DNA from: a virus
Lineage: Duplodnaviria > Caudoviricetes
Direction: 5' to 3' (one strand)
IMG/VR virus record: IMGVR_UViG_3300028840_002850
Span: 698 to 64,697 of that record
DNA length: 64,000 nucleotides
Shown: positions 10,749-19,379 of the stretch, piece by piece
Numbering within the stretch: position 1 is the first letter of the stretch
How the letters are laid out: the number at the start of each line of letters is the position of its first letter
Translations under genes and position numbers: made by a program
Notes under the pieces: generated by a model
Told to the model about the DNA's origin: nothing
Databases searched by the model: none
Seen by the model: the letters and a program-made list of their open reading frames with translations, nothing else

Positions 10749-11351
10749 TTACGGATTAATGGTTACAACAGGCAGGGAGTTCGGATTAAAGGCAGTTATC
10801 CATCCGTGCTCAATGGCGAATCGGGCATCGAGTTCGGCTTCCGTCATCCCCGCCTGTTCTTGTAGTTGCAACCACAACGGCAACATTGCCTGGATGAGTT
10901 CAATAAGTACCAAGAGAGCTTCGCTTATAGCTTGAGATTCATATTGTTCTATTAATCCCGCATCAACCATTGCCTTAACTACAGTCTCTTTAGAAGGCGC
11001 TATTGCCTGCCTGGTATAAAGGTATCGCTTGACTTCCATAAGAGCAAGGTTGGCCGCATCAATCATTGCGATATTAATGGTTCCGCCAGCAGCAATAGTC
11101 TCAGAAATTGCCCTGATGGGCATATAAGCCGCCACAAGAGCATCCCTTCGTTTATTAAGCATTTCCTTGTGAGTTTCTTGGTCTGCCCATGCTGCTTCAA
11201 TTATGAATTCGTTTACAAGGCGATGATAAGACCCGTCAAAAAACGTAGCCTTGCCCTTCGGTGTTTCTGGATATTGAAGGGTAGCGCATCCAATAATGTT
11301 GACGAAAAAGCTCAATACTACTAAGTAAATTACGTATTTCTTGATTTTCAT
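10749..11351 (-). CDS. Putative lipoprotein
   Basis: MKIKKY, hydrophobic stretch, IIGC lipobox-like site. Confidence 0.6.
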   Translation of the reverse strand: MKIKKYVIYLVVLSFFVNIIGCATLQYPETPKGKATFFDGSYHRLVNEFIIEAAWADQETHKEMLNKRRDALVAAYMPIRAISETIAAGGTINIAMIDAANLALMEVKRYLYTRQAIAPSKETVVKAMVDAGLIEQYESQAISEALLVLIELIQAMLPLWLQLQEQAGMTEAELDARFAIEHGWITAFNPNSLPVVTINP

Positions 11352-11364
11352 TCAATACCTCCTG

Positions 11365-12318
11365 TTAAAAGTTAATATTAAAGTACGATTCTATATGTTT
11401 CCACCGATTGATAACAGTTGTGTTATCCGATCCTGCAAATAGTAAACCTACTATTTTATCGCCAGATACCACGGCACTTCCACTATCCCCCGGTTGGCTC
11501 ATGGCACCGGCTAATAGCTGATCTGTAAATACCGCTATTTTGCCATCGTATTGCACTTGAACTACTGCGTTGATCTGCTGGATTTCTCCCGTTGTAAAAC
11601 CACTCGTCCGTCCTGTTTTCTGAACAGGCATTGTAATAAAAGGGTCTTCTATAACACCGTGAATTTTGCCGATTTCAAGAATAGTGTCGTCAATATATTT
11701 TTCGTCTGCCACGTCTGCGATAGCCAAATCTACAAGATTGGCATCAGCATGGGGGACGATGGCAGACATTCTTGTTTTCCTTCCAAAGAACTTTGAGAGC
11801 TTATTGAAGGAAAACGCCACCGCCTTTGAAAATGGGCAATCGCTATCTTCCCCTAAAAAATGGATAGGAACATAATCTAACAAATACCCAATGCAATCTT
11901 GAGGATATTCGCCCCCGTCGTGGTCGCCTGGTTGAAGAATTGCATCTCCTATGTCAGCCTCATTACTGTTTGCTAGAACGTGGTTGTTAGATAACATTAC
12001 CTTTTTGTCACCCAGGCTTACCCAGCATCCGAGAGTTCCCGCCGAAATGTCAACATGGCCGACAGACACACCACCGGGAGCAGGACGATAGCGGTCTGTA
12101 AAAATATCTAATGCTTTAATCTCTCCTGTTTCCACCACGTCAACACTGGATGATAATACGTGCTGGGGTGATATAAAATGTTTCGGCAGTTTCTTGCGAA
12201 CACCCACGACCGTACATTTTTCGTCAGTCGTTTTGTTCTTCCTGGTTCGTAATCCGTCCCCTACTGACCAAACGTGGGGGTTTTTGTAGATAAGGTCCAA
12301 TTTTTCTTTTGTATCCAT
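11365..12318 (-). CDS. Trypsin-like (Nal1-type) serine protease
   Basis: AGTLGC, LSNNHV (His), VDLA (Asp), KTGRTSGFTTG and PGDSGS (Ser). Confidence 0.85.
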   Translation of the reverse strand: MDTKEKLDLIYKNPHVWSVGDGLRTRKNKTTDEKCTVVGVRKKLPKHFISPQHVLSSSVDVVETGEIKALDIFTDRYRPAPGGVSVGHVDISAGTLGCWVSLGDKKVMLSNNHVLANSNEADIGDAILQPGDHDGGEYPQDCIGYLLDYVPIHFLGEDSDCPFSKAVAFSFNKLSKFFGRKTRMSAIVPHADANLVDLAIADVADEKYIDDTILEIGKIHGVIEDPFITMPVQKTGRTSGFTTGEIQQINAVVQVQYDGKIAVFTDQLLAGAMSQPGDSGSAVVSGDKIVGLLFAGSDNTTVINRWKHIESYFNINF

Positions 12319-12574
12319 TTAATCTCCTTTAGTAAGTTTAAACCACCACCCATTTGGACAACATTACCAAACGGTAACAATATACAATGATTTGTATGAA
12401 TCTATACAAAGCTTTTGTATGGTTTTACTGAACGGTATTATTGTAATTCTGATCTGTAATCAGGTGTTTTTATGCGAAAGGGCATGGTGTTTGGGGGCGA
12501 CCCAAACTTAGCTTTTTTAGCGTGTATCCGGCGAGGACCATGCCCTGTGGCCACCTTATTGTAGATAGGTAGCT

Positions 12575-12988
12575 TTACGCTACTGACCTTTTTTCTCTAT
12601 GTAATTTCTTATGACACTTCTGGCACAGCCACTCCACCTCAAGGGGCTTGTTGTAGTCTTCATGGTGTGCGTGGATTATGCCACCACTGCCACATTGAGA
12701 ACAAATTCCCGGCTTCTTTATCCTGCCTGTTCGAGTTTTGCTGCTGACAGCCACAAATGCCGCTGCTCGCTTCTTGTGTCTTTCGCGGTAATTGCGAACC
12801 CGTTCAATTTGCCGATCAACATTTTTGCTATAATATTGTCGTGTCATTCTCAGGTTGTTTTCGTGGTCTTCATAATATTTCTCACTTCGACAATCACGAC
12901 ACATATAATGTAATCCACCAGGGTTCCCACGATCCTTGTGATATGCACTTTCCGGTTTTTCTTTTTTACATCTGCAACAAGTTTTCAT
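12575..12988 (-). CDS. HNH-like zinc-binding endonuclease
   Basis: CCRC...CRDC N-terminus; CSQC...HAHHEDY...WLCQKCH. Confidence 0.7.
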   Translation of the reverse strand: MKTCCRCKKEKPESAYHKDRGNPGGLHYMCRDCRSEKYYEDHENNLRMTRQYYSKNVDRQIERVRNYRERHKKRAAAFVAVSSKTRTGRIKKPGICSQCGSGGIIHAHHEDYNKPLEVEWLCQKCHKKLHREKRSVA

Positions 12989-13010
12989 TTTCTGATCTAC
13001 TATCTGTTAA

Positions 13011-13139
13011 TCAGTATATTCCAATTGCTCTAAAAATATCTTTCCAGATGTCCATCAAAACACATCCGAATCCATAGCAAACGGGAATTGCAACAAATAA
13101 ACTTAAAAATATAACAAGCACTACTATCATTTTTTCCAT
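13011..13139 (-). CDS. Small membrane protein (42 aa)
   Basis: MEKMIVVLVIFLSLFVAIPVCY...; lies between two boundary motifs. Confidence 0.5.
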   Translation of the reverse strand: MEKMIVVLVIFLSLFVAIPVCYGFGCVLMDIWKDIFRAIGIY

Positions 13140-13164
13140 GGTTCTGGTTTCCTATCAGTTGTGT

Positions 13165-13413
13165 CTAATTAAAAAGAGATTGAACAAAAGCAAATATTAA
13201 TAGACAAATCATTGCATCGCTAAGTGTGATTTCCGATATAGGCTTTTCCCACATTGACCAATCACCTACCCCGCTAAGAGCCCATAAAAAGATACAAGCA
13301 ACCACAACCACAACCACAATAAGTACTGCTATTATTTTGTATTCTTTAAAAAAGTTCCACATTTTTTTCATAAAATCCTCCAAATCTAATTCTATTCTCA
13401 TAACCCCCTCCAT
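13165..13413 (-). CDS. Small membrane protein
   Basis: Two hydrophobic segments; bounded by motifs. Confidence 0.55.
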   Translation of the reverse strand: MEGVMRIELDLEDFMKKMWNFFKEYKIIAVLIVVVVVVACIFLWALSGVGDWSMWEKPISEITLSDAMICLLIFAFVQSLFN

Positions 13414-13421
13414 CGGCCTTA

Positions 13422-13583
13422 CTACTGGTCAGTTGATTCTGTCTCGTATGTAATTATAAATTTGTTCTTAGTTAAAGCATGGGCCTCTTCATAGCTGTAG
13501 GTTTTGCCCGTTACGGTTTGATGAGTAACATCTATAAATTTGACCCCATTAATCCAAACAATTGTATCCTCATAAGGTGCCAT
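13422..13583 (-). CDS. Hypothetical protein (53 aa)
   Basis: MAPYEDTIVWING...STDQ with RBS AAGGA; stop lies inside the boundary motif. Confidence 0.55.
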   Translation of the reverse strand: MAPYEDTIVWINGVKFIDVTHQTVTGKTYSYEEAHALTKNKFIITYETESTDQ

Positions 13584-13623
13584 TCTTATCCTTTCTAATC
13601 TGACTTCCCATCAGAAGGCTATA

Positions 13624-13647
13624 GTTCGCTATTCTCGAATAGCGAAC
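13624..13647. repeat. Palindrome GTTCGCTATTC-TC-GAATAGCGAAC (related copy at 15893-15915)
   Basis: Perfect 11-bp arms; second copy TTCGCTATT-TGAG-AATAGCGAA. Confidence 0.8.
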
Positions 13648-13652
13648 CTGTA

Positions 13653-13877
13653 CTACTCAGTTGGTTTTGATAATTGTCGCGTTATTTCTTCATTGGTTGC
13701 TCTACGGTTGCGTTCACATTCTTCGCCATGCCCCCATCCATGAATGAACGCTTCTTTATATAGATATTCGATGGTTGATACTCCAAATTGGGCTTTGTCA
13801 GGCAAACTAAATAATAACCCTTCAATAAAAGACCAATGATTTTCAGCCATCCGTTTTATTCCTTCGTAGTCTATCAT
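13653..13877 (-). CDS. Hypothetical protein
   Basis: 74-aa ORF with YKEAFIHGWGHG; bounded by motifs. Confidence 0.6.
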   Translation of the reverse strand: MIDYEGIKRMAENHWSFIEGLLFSLPDKAQFGVSTIEYLYKEAFIHGWGHGEECERNRRATNEEITRQLSKPTE

Positions 13878-13905
13878 TCATTTTTCCTTCCGTTCTGATT
13901 ACTAC

Positions 13906-14694
13906 TCAGTTGCTCCAAAGTTTGAGTTGTTTGCGTTCATTTTCGATTCTTTTGGCTGCTATCTCGCAATACTTTTCTTCTATTTCTATGCCTATCCAAC
14001 GTCTATTTAAGCGCTCACAGGACAGGGGTGTCGTTCCCGAACCGGAAAAAGGGTCAAGCACGACATCATCTGGATAACAAAATAGCAAGATACATCTTCG
14101 GGGCAACTCGACAGGAAATTTAGTCGGGTGACCATTCTTTTTTGTGTCCGGTGAGAAATTCCAGACCTCAAGAGTAAATTCAAGAAACTCTTTTTTTTCC
14201 ATTTCTGGCTCAAATTTTTTGGGTTCTTTTTTAAAGTCTGGTTTATAAAATTTACCCCCCTTTCCAGCTATTATAATGTATTCATGTAAACCCCTTAATC
14301 CTGGGGCAGACGGACTTCGCCAACTCCCCCAGGCGGTATTTGACATACAATTTTGCTTATTCCAAACGACAGTACCCATTAGAAACCATTTTTCCCTGAT
14401 TCGGGCGGTTATATCCGAATGTATCGGAAAATATGGGTTTCTGCCCAAATCGGCCACATTAATGCACATTCTTCGCCCATCTTTTGCTAAAGAAAAACAA
14501 CAATCCCACACGCAATCGAGCCAATCCAAATAATCATTATATGCCTTAGAATCCTTATAGGAGTCACCATACTCTTTGCCACAATTATACGGTGGTGACG
14601 TAACTATCAAATCAACCGACCCAAGCTCTGGCATAATCTCAAGACAATCCCCATGATAGAGTTTGCCCAATTCTGTTTCATAATATGGTTTCAA
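13906..14694 (-). CDS. DNA methyltransferase, N4-C/N6-A beta class
   Basis: GDCLE, TSPPY (motif IV) before HPTKFP and LDPFSGSGTT (motif I). Confidence 0.9.
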   Translation of the reverse strand: MKPYYETELGKLYHGDCLEIMPELGSVDLIVTSPPYNCGKEYGDSYKDSKAYNDYLDWLDCVWDCCFSLAKDGRRMCINVADLGRNPYFPIHSDITARIREKWFLMGTVVWNKQNCMSNTAWGSWRSPSAPGLRGLHEYIIIAGKGGKFYKPDFKKEPKKFEPEMEKKEFLEFTLEVWNFSPDTKKNGHPTKFPVELPRRCILLFCYPDDVVLDPFSGSGTTPLSCERLNRRWIGIEIEEKYCEIAAKRIENERKQLKLWSN

Positions 14695-14700
14695 ATCTAC

Positions 14701-14886
14701 TTATCCCATATCAGAAGGTTCTTTTTCAACTTGTTGGAATAAATCTAATAGGTGCTTCAACCCTTTAATAAATGCTTCTTCCCAAGTTGTACTTGGACCT
14801 TCGCCACGATTTTCTTCATGCCATTTAATTTCTTGTTTCGTTATTTCGATTGCCCTTTTCATACTCTCTCCAAACCTATCGGACAT
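14701..14886 (-). CDS. Hypothetical protein
   Basis: 61-aa ORF; start and stop both inside boundary motifs. Confidence 0.55.
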   Translation of the reverse strand: MSDRFGESMKRAIEITKQEIKWHEENRGEGPSTTWEEAFIKGLKHLLDLFQQVEKEPSDMG

Positions 14887-15044
14887 CAGGTGGCTAGTAA
14901 TTTTGCGAGGCTATCCAGAAAATTTGTTGCTCCGAATAACGCCAAAATTATCCACCAAAAGCGAGTAAGTTTAGCATCGGAAATAAAACAAAGAACCATC
15001 ATAAAGGTAAAGATTGAATGAATAACTATTCCGACGATTGCCAT
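14886..15044 (-). CDS. Small membrane protein (52 aa)
   Basis: MAIVGIVIHSIFTFMMVLCF...; RBS GGAGG; TGA stop is part of CACCTGA. Confidence 0.55.
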   Translation of the reverse strand: MAIVGIVIHSIFTFMMVLCFISDAKLTRFWWIILALFGATNFLDSLAKLLAT

Positions 15045-15055
15045 TGTTCCTCCTT

Positions 15056-15226
15056 CTACTGGTCAGTTGTCCATAGGCCAAATTCTCTGCCCACTCGATC
15101 AACTACCTTATTGATGCTTGCCATGCGAACAATCTGTTTGTCGATATTCATTTGGAGTGTGATCCAAATTTCTTCGTCCAGTATTTGTTTCAATCTGTCG
15201 GCTGTTAGTTTCTTTTTTCTTCCCAT
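15056..15226 (-). CDS. Hypothetical protein (56 aa)
   Basis: MGRKKKLTADRLKQIL...WTTDQ; bounded by motifs. Confidence 0.55.
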   Translation of the reverse strand: MGRKKKLTADRLKQILDEEIWITLQMNIDKQIVRMASINKVVDRVGREFGLWTTDQ

Positions 15227-15231
15227 CGGCC

Positions 15232-15456
15232 CTACCTCCCATCAGTTGCTTCTTTTCGACATTGTTCCAGAAATTCAGGGTTTACCTTTTTGTCTGGTAC
15301 CTTTATTAGTTTTAGCTGGTAGACTTTTTCGCATTTGGGACAAAACATGGCTTTTGAAAACCAACCATTTGAAACCATCTTGAGATTGTTTCCACACTTA
15401 CAATATGCGTGACTAATGAACGGGGCGGCGTTTATTTCAAAATCATCAAATTTCAT
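15232..15456 (-). CDS. Zn-ribbon small protein
   Basis: CKCG...CPKC. Confidence 0.6.
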   Translation of the reverse strand: MKFDDFEINAAPFISHAYCKCGNNLKMVSNGWFSKAMFCPKCEKVYQLKLIKVPDKKVNPEFLEQCRKEATDGR

Positions 15457-15471
15457 AGTTCTGACTTCCCA

Positions 15472-15654
15472 TCAGTTGCCCCAGAGTTTTAATTGTCCCT
15501 TCTCAGCTTTTTCTAAGGGGCATTTATTTAAACGAACAATCCATTCCTTGGCCTTTTTGCAAAAAACCCCTTCGCGCACTGTAACCTGGCCCGTTGGTTT
15601 CAAACAGGAATACTGGCAAGGAGCATAATTTATTTTACTGCACGGATATTCCAT
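15472..15654 (-). CDS. Cys-rich small protein
   Basis: 60 aa, ends QLKLWGN; TGA lies within CAACTGA. Confidence 0.55.
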   Translation of the reverse strand: MEYPCSKINYAPCQYSCLKPTGQVTVREGVFCKKAKEWIVRLNKCPLEKAEKGQLKLWGN

Positions 15655-15660
15655 CTAAGC

Positions 15661-15861
15661 TTACCATCGGTCGGTTGATCTTAATAATTTTGTATGGCGT
15701 TCAAATTCTGATTTAATCGCATCATATAATTCGATTTTTGTATGGAATTCTGGTCCCTCTACCAAAAGACATGATATTGATTCAAAGAAGTCTTTATATA
15801 TTTCCGGCTTGCCCTTGGCCCCCTTATATCCATGCCCATAATCATTTAGCATATCATTCAT
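15661..15861 (-). CDS. Hypothetical protein
   Basis: 66-aa ORF with RBS GGAGGG. Confidence 0.55.
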   Translation of the reverse strand: MNDMLNDYGHGYKGAKGKPEIYKDFFESISCLLVEGPEFHTKIELYDAIKSEFERHTKLLRSTDRW

Positions 15862-15926
15862 GGTCTATACCCTCCCCGCCGTTTGGCTGTAATTCGCTAT
15901 TTGAGAATAGCGAACCCCATTATTAC

Positions 15927-16112
15927 TCATCGGTAGTTATTTTTCATTGCGTTTAATATTAAATCGTGAAGCAAACTTATCCAACCGTCTTTTCGATTAT
16001 GACCCCTAATCATACCACTGGCGATTCTTCTTTCATTAACAAAAACACCATAGGTATAATTGGCAGATTCATTAGTACCCGTACTATCATTATGTATTTT
16101 GATGATAAGCGT
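15927..16112 (-). CDS. Hypothetical protein with apparent ACG start (61 aa)
   Basis: Frame (T/M)LIIKIHNDSTGTNESANYTYGVFVN...NYR fills the interval between two motifs; no in-frame ATG at the N-terminus. Confidence 0.45.
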   Translation of the reverse strand, partial: TLIIKIHNDSTGTNESANYTYGVFVNERRIASGMIRGHNRKDGWISLLHDLILNAMKNNYR

Positions 16113-16119
16113 TTTATTA

Positions 16120-16305
16120 CTACTCAGATGTTCGCAATGAGGTCAAAATAGACTTCATCGATTTGGTAATTGTTTCTCGCCGTATCTTTTCGCAACGGTC
16201 ACACCAATATTTTGATTTCGGTCGCAGATTACCGCCGGCATTGTTCTCACATTTATTTTCGTACTGTGCGTATCCTATACATTTCATGGATATACCTATT
16301 CCCAA
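16120..16305 (-). CDS. Cys-rich small protein
   Basis: CIG...CEN...CDRC. Confidence 0.55.
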   Translation of the reverse strand: MGIGISMKCIGYAQYENKCENNAGGNLRPKSKYWCDRCEKIRRETITKSMKSILTSLRTSE

Positions 16306-16313
16306 TCAGTTGC

Positions 16314-17129
16314 TCAGTCTTTGCTGTAAAAATTACCCTTCCCAATATACCAATTATTAAGGAAGGTTTTGAAATCAATCGGTTCGGCGTACTTCAAAGA
16401 TACGCGCCAATTATTGTTCATGTGGAATTTCCGAATAGATGGTATCGTCCCTGTTAAGTAAAATTTTTTCATAGCACGTTCAAACGTGGCATAAATTTTA
16501 GGCCAGCGGTCTTTGTGAACTTGAAGTTGCCACTTAGCAAATTTTGGTTTGGGGTTACAAATAAACGGGCACACCACGCAACCAATCCGGTTAAAACCCT
16601 CATCGTAAAGCGAAGAATAGGGCAGATTGTGGCGCTCGATGTACTCCCATATTTCCCATTCGTTCCAGTAGAATATTGGTTTATAAATCGTATCGCCATT
16701 TTTATAGGCATCAATTTGAGGGCGCTTTCCCCTTCGGCCTTCTTCTGCCCTGAGCCCCATAAGCCTGTGTTTATATGGCACATCAGCGGTTGGGTCTTTT
16801 TTGAGGAAATCACAGCACCAGCGGGTGCGCTTAGTCGGAAAACCCCTGATTTGTAATTCTTGATAGAATGACTGTTTAGGTTTCTTGATAATAACATCAG
16901 GGTAAAACCGCTTAATGTGCTTAACAATCTCTGGTGGATCAATCCCTGTTGCTGAATAATAGTATCGACATTCAACCCCCGATTTTTCGCATAAATCATA
17001 GAGTACGGCTGAATCTTTGCCACCAGACACGCCAACAACCCAAGGGGCGTCTTCGGGTTTATGTCTAATGATAAATTCAAGGGCTTCTTCTTCCTTCGTT
17101 TTTCCTGATATGGCAATTTGTTGTGCAAT
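16314..17129 (-). CDS. PAPS reductase family (PP-loop) protein
   Basis: VGVSGGKDS, RWCCDFLKK, GLRAEE, PIFYW and RIGCVVCP. The frame extends upstream of 17030 to ATT at 17129. Confidence 0.85.
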   Translation of the reverse strand: MAQQIAISGKTKEEEALEFIIRHKPEDAPWVVGVSGGKDSAVLYDLCEKSGVECRYYYSATGIDPPEIVKHIKRFYPDVIIKKPKQSFYQELQIRGFPTKRTRWCCDFLKKDPTADVPYKHRLMGLRAEEGRRGKRPQIDAYKNGDTIYKPIFYWNEWEIWEYIERHNLPYSSLYDEGFNRIGCVVCPFICNPKPKFAKWQLQVHKDRWPKIYATFERAMKKFYLTGTIPSIRKFHMNNNWRVSLKYAEPIDFKTFLNNWYIGKGNFYSKD

Positions 17130-17145
17130 ATCTACTTACTCCCGA

Positions 17146-17304
17146 TCAGGCGTTCTTAGATTTTTCAAGCATTTTCAAGCCGGCGTGCAGGCTGCCCGAT
17201 AAATTATTTACAGCCTGCGTCCACCTCACGGCATCCTCACTCTTTTCGCAAGATTGAATTTTCTGTAATAACACCTCAATGGATTTCCTTATTGATTCTT
17301 TCAT
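17146..17304 (-). CDS. Hypothetical protein (52 aa)
   Basis: MKESIRKSIEVLLQKIQ...; RBS AAGGAG; stop within CGCCTGA. Confidence 0.55.
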   Translation of the reverse strand: MKESIRKSIEVLLQKIQSCEKSEDAVRWTQAVNNLSGSLHAGLKMLEKSKNA

Positions 17305-17737
17305 GTTTTTTCTCCTTGTTTAAAAGTTTAAATAAAATTATATTCCGGGTAGCCTGGTGGATCACCAGCATCCTCAATAAATCTTTTCTGGCAGTCTTCA
17401 TCTTGGCAATAATAATGATGACCGAACCTTCCATAGATACCATTACATTCTGAGGTGCTTTTTTCTTCACCACATATCCAACATTTTACTTTTACCTTCA
17501 TAAATCACCTGACTGTAAGCAAGGCGGTCACGGAGTACCTTTCGGCATATGTCCCGTTTAGTTTTGTATGCACAACCACCTATTTGAACACAAGTTGCTT
17601 ATTTTCGTACTGTTGCCCACTTGGACAACAATAGCTTTTGAACTCTTGACAATTTATTGTTATTGTCTACAATGAAATCATAACGTGAATTATCACCGAA
17701 CGGCTTGGATACCGTAACCGATAATTTATCAACGACC

Positions 17738-17967
17738 CTTAACAATTTTTTAACACTCATAATTTGCTATTAATAATTTCGGGTAGTTAGCTTCGGGAGC
17801 GGGGATTTCAAGTCTCCCCTCTCGCACCATTCTATTCAAAAAAATTAACAAGACAATAAACCACCAACACACTGAAATGTAATATTAATTGAAACAATAT
17901 TTGAACTACAATATATGTTTTTAGCCAGTCCATTTTACCTCCGAAATCTTTAACACATCTTTAACAG
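17738..17967 (+). other. attP: 3' end of tRNA-Leu (core 17807-17829) flanked by TTAACA arm-type repeats
   Basis: TTCAAGTCTCCCCTCTCGCACCA is a T-loop, T-stem, acceptor strand, A discriminator and CCA. Tandem TTAACA pairs at about 17739-17756 and 17950-17966. Non-coding region close to the integrase. Confidence 0.75.
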
Positions 17968-17999
17968 GTCTGTGACCCACCATTTCCCAATCAGTGGGT

Positions 18000-18215
18000 T
18001 TATATCGTTACATGATCCGGGTATTTTGTTGCAAGGGGTCGATAATTGTCTGATGCTGTTTTTCCACATTTGGGGCATTTCATCGCAGGAATAACATTTT
18101 GGTGAAAATTGGCATCATCATAACCAGAACCCTCTCTTTCAAAACTACAATGTTCACATTCGTAAACTGCTATAAAATCTCTTCTCATTTGTGATTTTAT
18201 TTCTTTGATTTTCAT
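18000..18215 (-). CDS. Zn-ribbon small protein
   Basis: CEHC...CPKC; RBS GGAGG. Confidence 0.65.
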   Translation of the reverse strand: MKIKEIKSQMRRDFIAVYECEHCSFEREGSGYDDANFHQNVIPAMKCPKCGKTASDNYRPLATKYPDHVTI

Positions 18216-18225
18216 AAAATCCTCC

Positions 18226-19305
18226 TTACTCCCGATCAGCCGCCTTCTTCATTGGCGCAACCTCGCCCCGGGTTTGCGCATAAATAGCCCTCAGTTCATC
18301 TCCCTGGATTTCCAAATATCGGTCAAAGGCTGTTTGTGTCCGATGGCCAGTAGCCCGTTTTATTTCTTCTGGTGTTAGTCCTTGTCTGAGGGCGATAGCA
18401 CTGGAATGTCGGGTTCCACCATACAGGTCAACATCTTCGATTCGTAGATTTGAACATGCTTTTTTCCACCACTTGTATAAATAACCCTTACCAAAAGGCG
18501 ACCCTGGTGCATTTCCGCCTCGACCTTTAATATGTCTGAAGAAACAAAGTGTCGGAAATCCTTTAGGTTGTTGTCGTAAAAGCTTAACATCGTCCGGCAA
18601 GAGATAGATGTATTTGGGTTCTCCTGTTTTTGATTCATTTATTAAAATCCTTCCGTTGTGGAGGTCGATGTCTCTTTCTCTGATACCGATAAGCTCACCC
18701 GGTCTGATATTGATGTAGGTGGAAAGAAAAAGGACGGCCACATATATCCGTGGGTTGAATGCCGTGATCCGTCTGATTTCCTCCAAAATACGGCACTGAT
18801 CTTCTTTGGTGATAATTTTTCGATACGGGCTTGACGCCTTGACGATTGGGAATCTTGGAATTTGCTCATGCGTTATTTCTCCTGATTGGTAGAGCCAGCG
18901 ATAAAACATCTTGACAGTATCTCGTATGTCCTTGATATATTTAGACGCATAGCCCATTTCAAAAAGATTGGCGACAAGATGCTCCACGTCACAAAATCCA
19001 ATTGTTTTAACATTGCGATTTCCCCAAGAGTTAGTTGCTTTGTCCAATCGTTGTTCATATTTTTTAACTCCTTTCAAAAGCCTCTTTGAATGTAAAAATT
19101 TCTCAACCAGATTGGCAAAGCCCAACGGGTTGTCTTTGCGATAATCCCGGCCATCCAAAGTGCCCTCGTCGTGTTTAAATCTGAGACCTGTTAGAAATCG
19201 TTCTGCCTGCTCATAATGTTTAAACCGTTGCCTGATGTCCTTTTCAGACCCCATTGGAAACCAAACTAAATAGCCATGCTTTGTTTGATAAATATTCCCT
19301 TTCAT
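18226..19305 (-). CDS. int: Tyrosine recombinase/integrase
   Basis: IRPGEL (R), SKTG (K), YGGTRH (HxxR variant), TGH and catalytic RY; RBS GGAGGG before ATG 19305. Confidence 0.9.
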   Translation of the reverse strand: MKGNIYQTKHGYLVWFPMGSEKDIRQRFKHYEQAERFLTGLRFKHDEGTLDGRDYRKDNPLGFANLVEKFLHSKRLLKGVKKYEQRLDKATNSWGNRNVKTIGFCDVEHLVANLFEMGYASKYIKDIRDTVKMFYRWLYQSGEITHEQIPRFPIVKASSPYRKIITKEDQCRILEEIRRITAFNPRIYVAVLFLSTYINIRPGELIGIRERDIDLHNGRILINESKTGEPKYIYLLPDDVKLLRQQPKGFPTLCFFRHIKGRGGNAPGSPFGKGYLYKWWKKACSNLRIEDVDLYGGTRHSSAIALRQGLTPEEIKRATGHRTQTAFDRYLEIQGDELRAIYAQTRGEVAPMKKAADRE

Positions 19306-19379
19306 AGTTAGCCCTCCCTCCATGTATTTTGGAGATTGGGTACTATATGCTATGGCATTTTGCAACATTTTCGATATTC

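Noticed and set aside
12568-12590. Additional boundary-motif copies at 12575 and 20367
   Set aside because: Arms are too degenerate to count confidently.
16469-17128. 219-aa overlapping ORF as a frameshift partner supplying the PAPS-reductase start
   Set aside because: No recognisable motifs or slippery site; the PAPS-reductase frame is already open up to 17135.
17790-17829. Complete tRNA gene
   Set aside because: Only the 3' T-arm/acceptor portion is present, with no matching 5' GCGAGAG strand upstream; treated as the attP core.
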